64,000 bases of DNA from assembly GCF_030028105.1 (NCBI RefSeq), contig NC_092398.1, forward strand, positions 28,986,424 to 29,050,423, written 5' to 3'. This DNA is from Mobula birostris (lineage: Eukaryota). This document shows positions 24,062 through 36,520 of the stretch, in pieces (position 1 is the stretch's first letter; every line of letters begins with the position of its first letter). Both the position numbers and the translations under genes were made by a program. The notes under the pieces were generated by a model. It saw nothing but the letters and a program-made list of their open reading frames with translations. It was not told the origin of the DNA and did no database searches.

Positions 24062-27000
24062 CATAGAAACATAGAAAATAGGTGCAGGAGTAGGCCATTC
24101 GGTCCTTCGAGCCTGCACCGCCATTCAGTATGATCATGGCTGATCATCCAACTCAGAACCCTGTACTTGCCTTCTCTCCATACCTCCTGATCCCTTTAGC
24201 CACAAAGGCCATATCTAACTCCCTCTTAAATATCCCCAGTGAACTGGCCTGAAACTGTTTCCTGTAGCAGAGAATTCCACAGATTTACCACTCTCTGTGT
24301 GAAGAAGTTTTTCCTAATCGCAGTCCTAAAAGGCTTCCCCTTTATCCTCAAACTGTGACCCCTCGTTCTGGACTTCCCCAACATCGGGAACAATCTTCCT
24401 GCATATAGCCTGTCCAATCCCTTTAGGATTTTATACATTTCAATAAGATCCCCCCCCAATCTTCTAAATTCCAACAAGTATAAGCCTAGTCAATCCAGCA
24501 GGCTTAAAGTCCGCCATCCCAGGAATCAATCTGGTGAACCTTCTTTGTACTTCCTCTATGGCAAGAAAGTCTTTCCTCAGATTAGGGGACCAAAACTGCA
24601 CACAATACTCTAGGTGTGGTCTCACCAAGGCCTTGTACAACTGCAGTAGTACCTCCCTGCTCCTGTACTCGAATCTTCTTGCTATGAGTGCCAGCATACC
24701 ATTCACCTTTTTCACCGCCTGCTGTACCTGCATGCCCACTTTCAATGACTGGTGTATAATGACACCCAGGTCTCGTTGCACCTCCCCTTTTCCTAATTGG
24801 CAACCATTCAGATAATAATCTGTTTTCCCGTTTTTGCCACCAAAGTGGATAACCTCACACTTATCCGCATTAAATTGCATCTGCCATGAATTTGCCCACT
24901 CACCTAACTTATCCAAGTCACTCTGCATCCTTTTAGCATCCTCCTCACAGCTAACACTGTCGCCCAGCTTCGTGTCATCCGCGAACTTGGAGATGCTGCA
25001 TTTAATTCCCTCATCTAAGTCATTAATATATATTGTAAACAACTGGGGTCCCAGCACTGAGCCTTGCGGTATTCCACTCGTCACTGCCTGCCATTCTGAA
25101 AAGGTCCCGTTTATTCCCACTCTTTGGTTCCTGTCTGCCAACCAATTCTGTATCCACATCAATACCATATCCCCAATACCGTGTGCTTTAAGTTTGCACA
25201 CCAATCTCCTGTGTGGGACCTTGTCAAAAGCCTTTTGAAAATCCAAATATACCACATCCACTGGTTCTCCCCTATCCACTCTACTAGTTACATCCTCAAA
25301 AATTTCTATGAGATTCGTCAGATATGATTTTCCTTTCACAAATCCATGCTGAATTTGTCCGATGAATTCACCGCTTTCCAAATGTGCTGTTATCACATCT
25401 TTGATAACTACCTCTAGCATTTTCCCCACCACCGATGTTAGGCTAACCGGTCTATAATTCCCCGGTTTCTCTCTCCCTCCTTTTTTAAAAAGCGGGGTTA
25501 CATTAGCCACCCTCCAATTCTCAGGAACTAGTCCAGAATCTAAAGAGTTTTGAAAAATTATCACAAATGCATCCACTATTTCTTGGGCTACTTCCTTAAG
25601 CACTTTGGGATGCAGACCAGCTGGCCCTGGGGATTTATCTGCCTTTAATCTCTTCAATTTACATAACACCACTTCCCTACTAACATGTATTTCCCTCAGT
25701 TCCTCCATCTCACTAGACCCTCTGTCCCCTACTATTTCCCGAAGATTATTTATGTCCTCATTAGTGAAGACAGAACCAAAGTAGTTATTCAATTGTTCTG
25801 CCATGTCCTTGTTCCCCATAATCAATTCACCTATTTCTGTCTGTGTCATGGTCTGGATCGGAGTCTCTTTAAATTTACCTTGTTTATGTTGCGATCCGGA
25901 CCGTTGATTCCCTGTTTTCCTGTGTCCCTTGACTTTGGTGATTAGAGGCAATTAACGCTCGGCTGAAACGGTAGTTTATAGTTTCCAGCTTTCAGCCGTT
26001 GGGCGCAGGAGCGTCTGCAAAGTCATCAAGGTTATGGCGTACCAATGTCATCTGGCCGGATCAAGCTAGCGTCCGCCCGAAGCGAGTGCCGATAATTCGC
26101 CTTTCCTCACCGGAGCAACCTTGTCAATTTACCTCACCACAGCGAGCATGCAAAGTTCCCTCACCGAGCTGGCTCCGTCAGTTAACCCACCGGAGGGAAT
26201 CAAGAATGGCTGTCTACTGTTCCTCGGTCGAGTCTAGAGCTCACCACTACCCGGAGGATACAAGTACCACGTCCAAGTCCTAGCTCCGGCGGCATTCGAA
26301 TGCCAAGTCGAGTCCTGGTCCTGGCGGCATTCAAGCACCAAGTCAAGTCCTGGTCCTGGCGGTCTGTGATTCCTGTCCTACCCCCTTGTCTGAATCCCTT
26401 CTCTGCCCCTCTGGCCTCTAGCCCTCGTCTGCAGCCCCTGCTTGCACTTTGGTCTAGTTCCATCACCGGAGCTAGTTAGGTACTGTCTGGTGCTTATTCG
26501 TGTTTGTCTTGTCTTGTCTTGTCCCCGCCTCCATCGGGTAAGTCAGGCCATCTTGCCGTTGCCCCCCGGGAGGTCATGTTCTGTCTTGTCTTGACCTTGC
26601 CTCCGTGGGGTAAGTCAGGCCTTTTTGCCGTTGCCCTGCGGAGGGTCATGAGTCCCGGCCCTATGTCCTGTACCCAAGGAGGGGTCCCTGTTCTCTGTTC
26701 TGTGTGTGAGTCCCAGCCCTATGTCCTGTTCCAAAGGAGGCGTCCCAACTCTGTGTTCTGTGTATGTGTCCATGGTTCCATATACCTGCTCCCCGAGACC
26801 GAGGCTCTGTGTTCCCATGTTCCTCCTCTCCCTAGCCCATGTCATGTCCTTGCCTGGTTCTGGGGTCCGAGCCCGAGGCAAGACCCAGGTACTGGGTCCT
26901 TGACAGTCCCTGGCTTGGAGTCCATACCCTAGCCTCTTCATGTCTCCTCTAGTTCTGGGAGCCGATTCCAAGTCCAAGCCCAGACCCTTGGTCCCAGCCC

Positions 27001-28444
27001 CATCATAGTCCTGAGTTCGCTATTTCCTGCTCCTGCCTTGCTCTCCTGGTATCGAACAATGAACTAAATCTAAGTAACCTCACAAGATGTATCTTGCATT
27101 TGGGTCCATCCTTGCTCCCAATGCCCCGCCATTGTGACAGTCTGTAAGGGACCTACATTTGTCTTAACCAATCTTTTTCTTTTCACATATCTATAAAATC
27201 TTTTACAGTCAGTTTTTATGTTCCCTGCTCGTTTTCTCTCATAATCTTTTTTCCCCCTTCCTAATGAAGCCCTTTGTCCTCCTCTGCTGGACTCTGAATT
27301 TTTCCTGTCCTCAGGGGAGTCGCTTTTTCTGGCTAATTTGTATGTTTCTTCTTCGGAATTGATACTACCCCTAATTTCCCTTATCAGCCACGGATGCACT
27401 AACTTCCCTGATTTATTCTTTTGCCAAACTGGGATGAACAATTGTTGTAGTTCATCCATGCAACCTTTAAATGTTTGCCATTGCATATCAACCGTCAACC
27501 CTTTAAGTATCATTTGCCAGTCTATCTTAGATAATTCACGTCTCATACCTTCAAAGTTACCCTTCTTTAAGTTCAGAACCTTTGTTTCTGAATTAACTAT
27601 CTCACTCTCCATCTTAATGAAGAATTCCACCATATTATGTTCACTCTTACCCAAGGGGCCTTTCATGACAAGATTGCTAATTAACCCTTCCTCATTGCTC
27701 AATACCCAGTCTAGAATGGCCTTCTCTCTAGTTGGTTCCTCAACATGTTGGTTCAAAAAACCATCCCGCATACATTCCAAGAAATCCTCTTCCTCAGCAC
27801 ACTTACCAATTTGGTTCACCCAATATATATGTAGATTGAAGTCACCCATTATACCTGCTGTTCCTTTATTGCACGCATTTCTAACTTCCTTTTTAATGCC
27901 ATCCCCAACCTCACTACTACTGTTAGGTGGCCTGTACACAACTCCCACCAGCATTTTCGGCCCTTAAGTGTTATGCAGCTCTACCCATATCGATTCCACA
28001 TCCTCCCGGCTAATGTCCTTCCTTTCTATTGCATTAATCTCCTCTCTAACCAGCAATGCTACCCCACCTCCTTTCCTTTTATGTCTATCCCTCCTGAATA
28101 TTGAATATCCCTGAATGTTGAGCTCCTATCCTTGTATTGTCTTGGAGCCATGTCTCTGTGATCCCAGCTATATCATATTCATTAATAACAATCTGCACTT
28201 TTAATTCATCCACCTTGTTACGAATGCTCCTTGCATTGACACACAAAGCCTTCAGGCTTGCTTTTACAACACTCTTAGTCCTTCAATTATGTTGAAAAGT
28301 GGCCCTTTTTGATTTTTTCCCTGGATTTGCCGGCCTGCCACTTCTACTTTTCACCTTACTACTTTTTGCTTCTACCCTCATTTTACACCCCTCTGTCTCT
28401 CTGCACTTGTTCCCATCCTCCTGTTGTGAACTAACCTTTTCTCT
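24062..28444 (-). mobile_element. Long CR1 LINE (ORF1 end plus ORF2 EN/RT) interrupted by an LTR
   Basis: EN 27140-27954 (GVVYRPP, GDFNL), RT 24464-25843 (PQGSVLGP, FADD), (catagaaa)n tail complement at 24062. Confidence 0.93.
25844..27139. mobile_element. Solo LTR with 5-bp TSD GTCTG
   Basis: TGTCA…TGACA termini; gtctg at 25839-25843 and 27140-27144. Removing the insert restores continuous CR1 ORF2. Internal tandem duplications are present. Confidence 0.85.
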
Positions 28445-29300
28445 TCTAGTGAGGGAGGCCACCAAGAGATCTTTGACAACTCTGGAGGAGTTATGAACTT
28501 TAGTAGCTGAGATGGCAGAGACTGCGCATACAACAACTGTTGCCCGTGTGCTTCACCAGTCACAGCTGTATGGAGAGTGGCAAAGAGAAATCCACTGTTG
28601 AAAAAAAACTCACATGAAACCTTGAACTTGCCAGAAGGCATGTGGGAGACTCTGAAGTCATCTGGAAAAAGGTTCTATGGTCTGATGAATCCATCAGACT
28701 TAGCCATCAGACTAAGCACTATGTTTGGCATAAGCCAAACACCGCACATCATCAAAGACACACCATCCCTCCTGTGAAGCATACTGTGGGGATGCTTCAC
28801 AGCAGCAAGCCCTGGAAGGCTTCTGAAGGTAGAGGGTAAAATGAACGCAGCAAAATACAGGGAAATCGTGGAGGAAAACCTGAAGCATTCTGCAGGAGCA
28901 CTGCGAATTAGGAAAAGATTTGTTTTCCAGCAAGACAATGACTCCAAGCATAAAGCAGAAGCTACAGAGGAATGGCTTAAAAACAACAAAGTTAATGTCC
29001 TGGAGTGGCCAAGTCAGAGTCCAGACCGCAATCCAATTGAGAATTTGCGGCTGGGCTTGAAAAGAGCTGTTCACTCACAACTCCCGTGCAATCTGACAGA
29101 ACTTGAACAGTTTTGTAAAGAAGAATGGGGAAAATTTGTAGAATCCAGATGTTCAAAGCTGATAGATTCCTATCCACACAGACTCAAGGCTGTAATTGCT
29201 GCCAAAGGTGCATCTACTAAATACTGAGTTGGAGTGAGTGAATGTTTATGCAATCAATTATTTTGTGCTTTATATTTGTAATTAATTTGGATCACTTTGC
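28445..29300 (+). mobile_element. Tc1 transposon, 3' part (catalytic domain)
   Basis: VLWSDE…, QQDNDSKH…WPSQSPDRNPIENL…LKAVIAAKGASTKY. Confidence 0.9.
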
Positions 29301-29304
29301 TGAG

Positions 29305-30975
29305 AGCCAAAAAGCTCCTCTGTTCTTCAGGTGGATGTTTGAAAGCAAAGGACGGTGCCATTATTATGGAAAAAGATGCGATTATGAACAAATGGACTGA
29401 TTATATTCAGGAATTTTTGAAGGTGATCGAAGAGAAATTAAGAAAAACATTGAAGGTCCAAGTATTTTAAAATCGAAGTTCATAATGCATAAATAAGATG
29501 AGGAAAGGAAAGGCAGCAGGTCCTGATGAATTAGTAATAGAACAAATTATTGCACTTGAAGATTATGGAATTGAAAAATTTACTGATTTAATCAATGACA
29601 TTTATGAGACTGGAATATTAACAGAAGAGATGAAAAAATCAGTATTTATCACTCTTCCTAAGAAAGCTCGAGCAATAGAATGTGATTTCATAGGACCATA
29701 AGTTTAATGAGTCATATCACCAAGATACTTCTAAGAATTTTGATGACAAGAGCTAAAAGTAAGATACAAGCTGAAATAGGCAAAGAACAATGTGGTTTTG
29801 TGAAAGACAAAGGTACAAGAAACGCGATATTGAAGTTAAGGATCCTATCAGAACGAGTATCTATTCAAATGCAAAAAGATTTGTTTGTTTGTTTTATCAA
29901 CTACACAAAAGCATTTGATAAAGTGAAGTCCAATAAGTTACTTGAAATATTACAGAAAACTCTAGATCTAGATTTGAAAGACCTCTCCTAATCAGAAATC
30001 TGTACTGGGAACAAACTACGGCTATAAGAATAGATGGAGAAGTGAGTCAGTTTATGAAAATCAAGAGAGGCGTTAGACAAGGGTATGTTTTCTTCCCGGA
30101 TTTATTTAATGTGTACAGTGAAACAATATTACAAAAAAAAGAGACATCTTGGGAATCAAAGTTGGCGGTGAAAGCATCAATAATTTCAGATATGCAGATG
30201 ACACTGTGTTAATTGCGAGTACAGAGGAAGAACTACAAAACTTAATTGATATAATTGTTGAAGAAAATGCAAAAAATGGGTCTATCTATCAATTGCAAAA
30301 AGATAGAATGTATGGTGATATCCAAAAAGAAGGAGAATCCTATCTGCAGGCTAAGAATAAATGGGGAAGACATAAAACAAGTAAAGAACTTCTGCTACTT
30401 AGGAAGCTGGGTGATATCAGATGGCAGGTGCGATTTGCACATCAAAAGAAGAATAGGGATGGCAAAAGACACTTTTACAAGAATGGAGAGTATACTGACC
30501 AATACTATGCTAGGCATGAAAACCTGCCTCAGAGTACTGAAATGTTACGTTTATCCAGTTATGTTATATGGCTCAGAATGTTGGACAATATCTAGTAACA
30601 TGAGGAAACGAATTGTAGCAGCAGAGATTTGGTTTTTGAGGAGGATGCAAAGAATATCATGGACGAAACGAAAATCTAACGATGATGTCATGAACAGAGC
30701 AAACACAAATAGAGAAATAATGTATGAGATCATGAAAAGGCAACGTGACTTCATTGGACATGTGATTAGGAAAGAGGAGTTAGAATGCACGGTAATTATG
30801 GGAAAGATTGAAGGGAAGAAAGCAAGATGAAGACAAAGACAAATGATGATGGAGAGAGCAGCCAGAGAATTGGAAATTAATACCAATGAATTGATCCACT
30901 TGACCCGAAACAGGAGTGTGTGGGCCATGGCAGTCAAAGCTCAAACTGGGCATGGCACCTGATGATGATGATGAT
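29305..30975 (+). mobile_element. RTE-clade LINE, 5'-truncated copy of the 4292-6975 family
   Basis: Very similar RT pieces and an identical 3' end ggcatggcacctgatgatgatga; it retains about 120 nt that are missing from the first copy. Confidence 0.92.
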
Positions 30976-31225
30976 CTATCAATATTATGTATCGCAATGT
31001 ACTGCTGCTGCAAAACAACATTCATGACCTATGTCGGTGATACTAAACCTGATTCAGAAATAATAGTGCTGTCACTGGCTTGAATTTATAATAAACGTAT
31101 TTTTGTTAAAGAATAAAGGTGGGGGTACTGTTCCCGGCACTTGTAGAATTGGCTGCAGTCCAAGGTCAAAATAACTTCCTCTGTTCAATGTGAGCTTGTA
31201 TTCAATCATCCAGTTAACCACTTAC

Positions 31226-31535
31226 AGTTCAGGGTCAGAACATTTTGGTAAACGCTCTCTGCAATGAAAGGGACGAAGGCTTGGTATGGTTGACTTCAAT
31301 GACAGCCTGGGGGTTGCTGTGGTTCAGGCCTCTGATGAAAGCTTCCAAAAGTGAAAAGCTGGCCCCAAATTTCCTCGCAGAGAAATCAACGTAGATGACA
31401 TCTTTGCCGTCGTAACCAAATCACAGGTCCGTTTTCGAGAACCATGGAGCTGTGCTGGAGTAGATTGTCCAGCTGATGTACATCCCAGATAAACACTAAT
31501 TAGAAGGATAGTTTAAGAGTCATCTCAGAGCCATT
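31226..31535 (-). pseudogene. Decayed MHC beta1 (WB-like) or class I alpha2-like exon
   Basis: Acceptor ctcattcccaactcag and donor T|gtaagt bound 310 nt (net frameshift). The pieces read xWL*DDS*TILLISVYLGCTSAG / L*FGYDGKDVIYVDFSARKF...AFIRGLN / GCH*SQPYQAFVPFIAESVYQNVLTLN. GC and GYDGKD match the class I alpha2/W beta1 motif; several stops. Confidence 0.7.
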
Positions 31536-33559
31536 CTGAGTTGGGAATGAGTTACTTAAGACAAGGTGATTTCTATCTCCTGAGTTGCAGACTGCATCTA
31601 TCAGTTACAGTTTCAATCTCTTTCCTTTTATTTTAGACATCACAACATTAATGCCTCAACAAGCTCTATAGAGCCATACAGCATAGAAACAGGCCTTTCA
31701 GCCCAACTGGTGCATGCTGGCCAAGATTCACATCCAAACCAATACTACTTGTCCATATTTGGCACACATCATTTACCCTGTTTGCACTCCCTGCCTTCCC
31801 CCCTTTTCCCTCTTTCCCACCTTGAAATCTTTCTTATCCATGTACCTTTCAAATGCTTCTCTTCCACCTGCCTCAGTCAATTCCTCTCGTAGTTTGTCGT
31901 ATATAGACACACATAGCTCTCCAACTGGGACAAGGCCTCTTCTCATTACAATCACTGGGATGAGGTTCAGGAGGCTGAAGAGCCAGCTTCTGCCATCAGA
32001 TTTCGGAACAGTTCATGAATCCACGAACACTACTTTGCTGTTCTTTTGTTTTTGCGCTAATTTATGGTCTATGCACTGTACTGCCGCTGTAAAACTACAA
32101 ATGAACAGAATCAGATTTATTTTCACCGGCGTCTATTAGCAGCGGCAATAAATGATTTTGGAGAAAAAAAAGTAGATAACCAAGTAAATCAATTACAGTA
32201 CATTGAATAGATTAAAATATATTTTTAAAAAAGTGAGGTAGTGTTCATGTTTTCAATGTCCATTTAGGAATCTTATGGCAGAGGGGAAGAAGCTGTTCCT
32301 AAATTGCTGAGTGTGTGCCTTCAGGCTTCTGTACCTCCTTCCTGGCGGTAACAATGAGAAAAGATCATGCCCTGGGTGATGGGAGTCCTTAATAATGGAC
32401 ACTGCCTTTCTGAGGTACCGCTCCTTGAAGATGTCTTGGGTACTACGGAGGCTAGCACCCAAGATGGAGCCGACTACTTTTACAATTTTCTGTAGCTTCT
32501 TTTGGTCCTGTACCTGCCCCCTACCATACCTGACAGTGATGCAGCCTGTCAGAATGCTCTCCAGAGTACATCTACAGAAATTTTTAAGTGTTTTAGGTGA
32601 AAAACCAAATCTCTTCAAACTCCGAATGAAATATAGCCACTGTGTTGGCTTTTTATAGCTGGATCAATATGTTGCAACCAGGTTAGGTCCTCAGAGATCT
32701 TGACACACAGGACTTGAAATTGCTCACTCTCTCATTGTGTCCTAAACGAAACTTACAATTTAAACTGATTCTGATACTGACCACCCTCTGGGTGAAAGGG
32801 TTGCTCCTCAGGCTCATAGTAAATCTCTCTCCTCTCATTTTAAACCTACATTCTAGTTCTTGATTCCCCATCACTGGGGAAAAGACAGCACATTCACCCT
32901 AAATATGCTGTTAATGATTTTGGAAAGTGGAAATGAGGGGGATCAAACTGAGCAAGGTTAGGAAGGAGGAGGAGGAGGAGGAGGGAGGAGCAATCTCCAT
33001 AAATTCCCTCCATTTAAGTGACACCCAACGCCATCCCCTCTCATTTGTCCCTCTCACCCACCTTTTCCACTAATCTCCCAGACACCTCGATAACCATCTC
33101 CCATCATAAACCAATTCCTCTTTCCAGTTATTCCCTCTCTCCTCCTGCACACATCTCCTGAGAATCAGTCTGCACTGCCTCCTCACACACACCCCTTCAG
33201 CACAAATCTCTGAAACCACCCCCTTACAATCAGCACCTCCCCTCATCACTCACTCCACATTTACCTACTCACATTTTGCACAGACCTGGTTAGCTTCAAC
33301 CAGTCCTCCAACCCATCAGTCCCCCCATCAGCAATCACCTTCCAACCCCTGCACCACCCAGCCACACAACTCCCAGGCTCTGCATCTGTCTCATTCTTTC
33401 CACCCTCTGCACCATTCTTCACCCCACCCTCTGATCTACCTACTCAACACCTAATGCACCCACCCTTGTCAGTCCACGCCCTCTCCCTCTCCCTGGGCAC
33501 CCACACATCACTTTCATTATCTACAGCCACCCTTCTGAATCCATCTGCTCAACACCCTA

Positions 33560-34700
33560 TCCCTGCTCGGTCTAAACCGTGCAGATGAGCGCCACGCAGT
33601 TACTGAAATGCTCCCGCTCACATAGCCATCGTAGCTGTGCAGCTGGAATTTTCTTTAGTGCTGACTGCGAACGTGGATTCAGTTTTATGAATTAAATCAA
33701 ACGTAAATCGAGGAACAAACTAGAAGTGGAACATGTAGATGATCTGATGAGGGCTTAAGAAGTATCTTTCATCTGGATGTGAAATTAATCTGGATGACGT
33801 TTACAAGCAAAAGATTTGTAATAAAGACAGACAAGAAAAACTTTATGAAACTCATAAGATTTTCTTTGTTGTGCTGTATTTAATTATGCCCTTCAATTAA
33901 TACATAAAATAAAATGTATATGATTCTAAAAACGCAAACATGAGAAAATCTGCAGATGCTGGAAATTCAAGCAACCACACAGAAAATGCTGGTGGAACGC
34001 AGCAGGCCAGGCAGCATTATTAGGAAGAAGTACAGTCGACATTTCGGGTCGAGACCCTTCGACAGGACTAGCAGAAAAATAGAGCCAGTAAGAGATTTGA
34101 AAGTGGAAGGGGGAGGGGGAGATCTGAAACAATAGGAGAAGACAGGAGGGGGAGGGATGAAGCCTAGAGCTGGGAGATTGAGTGGCGAAAGTGATACAGG
34201 GTTGGAGAAGGGGGAGTATCATGGGAAGGAAGCCCTTGAAAGAAAGCAGAAAAGGGAAGGGAGCATCAGAGGAAGATGGAGAACAGGTGCTTTGTACTCC
34301 CCCTTCTCCAGCCTTGAATCCCTTTTGCCAATCAACCTCCCAGCCCTTGGCTTCATCCCTCCCCATCCTGTCTTCTCCTATCATTTCGGGTCTCCCCCTC
34401 CTCCTCCCACTTTCAAATCTCTTACTATCTCTTTTCTTCCGTTAGTCCTGACGAAGGGTCTCGACCCGAAACATCGACTGTACCTCTTCCTATAGATGCT
34501 GCCTGGCCTGCTGCGTTCCACCAGCATTTTGTGTGTGTTAAATGTATGTGATTGTTCAGTTTTCATTCTAAATATTCATAGTATGTTATTTACACAAAAA
34601 AATAAAGAGCTACGCAGTTTTCAGGCCATGTAAAAATTTCCAGCTCAGAACAATGGTTGGTCCATGCAGCTGTAAAAAATATTAGAGCAAAAATTGCATC
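33560..34700 (+). mobile_element. hAT transposase 3' remnant, interrupted by a Penelope-derived repeat (33925-34540)
   Basis: ADCERGFSFMN*IK…RNKLEVEHVDDLM dimerisation-domain motif at about 33660-33755. Confidence 0.65.
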
Positions 34701-34909
34701 CAATTCACCACCCGCCACTTCCATCCAGTATACCTGAGTGCCCCCAATACCCTCTGCAGTCATCCAGCTGCCCACATCTCTGCACCCACCCAACCATCCC
34801 CATCTTCTGCAACTGTCTAGCCCTCACCCCGCCATCCTCTGCAACCACCCTGAGTGATAGATAGTTGCAGAGGATGGGAGGGATGAGGGATTGACAGTGG
34901 ACTCTTGTC

Positions 34910-35965
34910 CCCAACCTCTGTAACTGCCTATCCCTCACCCCCCATCCTCTACAACTGTCTATCCCTCACTCCTCCCATCCTCTACAACTGTCTATCCCTC
35001 ACCCCTCCCATCCTCTACAACTGTCTATCCCTCACTCCTCCCATCCTCTACAACTGTCTATCCCTCACCCCTCCCATCCTCTACAACTGTCTATCCCTCA
35101 CCCCTCCCATCCTCTACGACTGTCTATCCCTCACCCCTCCCATCCTCTACGACTGTCTATCCCTCACCCCTCCCATCCTCTACGACTGTCTATCCCTCAC
35201 CCCTCCCATCCTCTACGACTGTCTATCCCTCACCCCTCCCATCCTCTACGACTGTCTATCCCACACCCCTCCCATCCTCTACAACTGTCCATTCCTCACC
35301 CCTCCCATCCTCTACAACTGTCTATCCCTCACCCCTCCCATCCTCTACAACTGTCTATCCCTCACCCCTCCCATCCTCTACAACTGTCCATTCCTCACCC
35401 CTCCCATCCTCTACAACTGTCTATCCCTCACCCCTCCCATCCTCTACAACTGTCCATTCCTCACCCCTCCCATCCTCTACAACTGTCTATCCCTCACCCC
35501 TCCCATCCTCTACAACTGTCTATCCCTCATCCCTCCCATCCTCTACAACTGTCTATCCCTCACCCCTCCCATCCTCTACAACTGTCTATCCCTTACCCCT
35601 CCCATCCTCTACAACTGTCCATCCCTCATCCCTCCCATCCTCTACAACTGTCTATCCCTCACTCCTCCCATCCTCTACAACTGTCCATCCCTCACCCCTC
35701 CCATCCTCTACAACTGTCTATCCCTCACCCCTCCCATCCTCTACAACTGTCTATCCTTCACCCCTCCCATCCTCTACAACTGTCCATCCCTCACCCCTCC
35801 CATCCTCTACAACTGTCTATCCCTCACCCCTCCCATCCTCTGCAACTTCCTATCCCTCACCCCTCCCATCCTCTACAACTGTCCATCCCTCATCCCTCCC
35901 ATCCTCTACAACTGTCTATCCCTCACTCCTCCCATCCTCTACAACTATCTGTCCCTCATCCGCCC
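34910..35965. repeat. 33-bp minisatellite (VNTR), about 31-32 units
   Basis: Unit ctcacccctcccatcctctacaactgtctatcc, with variants (gac/aac, ccattc, atc). It produces the spurious LTPPILYNCLS repeat ORF. Confidence 0.95.
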
Positions 35966-35984
35966 TTCACTACACCTGCCCCCC

Positions 35985-36520
35985 CCATCCCGAGTCAGCC
36001 AGGCACCGCTGATTGGCTGCCGCGTCTTCCCGCCAGACAGCCCACCCCCACCACCACACTACTCCCTCCACCGGGCGCGCGCATCACCGCCGGCGGGCCG
36101 CTCGCGCTCCCCGGGCGCGCGCCATCACAGACGTCGGGCCAGTCGCGCTCCCGCCGGAGGCTTGGCTTGGGTGGAGGAGGAGGAGACTGAGGTCGGTGGG
36201 CGGGTTGAATGGCGGCGGCGTCTCCTCCTCCTCCCGCCGCTCTTTTGCTTTCGGGACGGTTTCTGCCATGGGTCGTTATCCCGCTGCTTGGGCGCTCCTC
36301 CTGCTCCTCCGCCCCTGTTCGGGGACTACCTACAAAGTGGCCGGTGAGTCGATTCCTGTCGCTGCGATCGCCGCCCGGTCAACTTGCTGTAAAGTTGTTG
36401 CTAAGGGTGGGATCTTGCTGAGTAGACGCCCCTGGGGTCATCAACCGTGTCTTGGGGTGGGGAGGGCGGTAGCGTTCGGATCTTGCGAAGCACATTCTAC
36501 TTGGCGTCTTGCTGGCTTGG
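35985..36520 (+). promoter_or_regulatory. CpG island/promoter of WA with an inverted CCAAT (Y-box) CTGATTGG at 36009-36016
   Basis: Dense CpG and GC boxes against a CpG-poor background; CTGATTGG preceded by an AP-1/X2-like CGAGTCA at 35991-35997; spans exon 1. Confidence 0.65.
36268..36343 (+). CDS. WA: MHC W-category alpha chain, exon 1 (signal peptide)
   Basis: Kozak gccATGg; MGRYPAAWALLLLLRPCSGTTYKVA plus G; donor gtgagt; 76 nt, phase 1; lies inside a CpG island. Confidence 0.88.

Noticed and set aside
32898-33013. Possible leader exon of the beta pseudogene on - (MEGIYGDCSSLLLLLLLPNLAQF…, donor gg|gtgaat)
   Set aside because: The Leu run comes from a (CTC)n microsatellite, the exon is long for a leader, and it ends in phase 2 rather than phase 1. 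Not supportable, although its position is suggestive.
34905-36347. 480-aa ORF of LTPPILYNCLS repeats
   Set aside because: It arises because the 33-bp unit has no stop in this frame. It is out of frame with the real WA leader and has no coding hallmarks.
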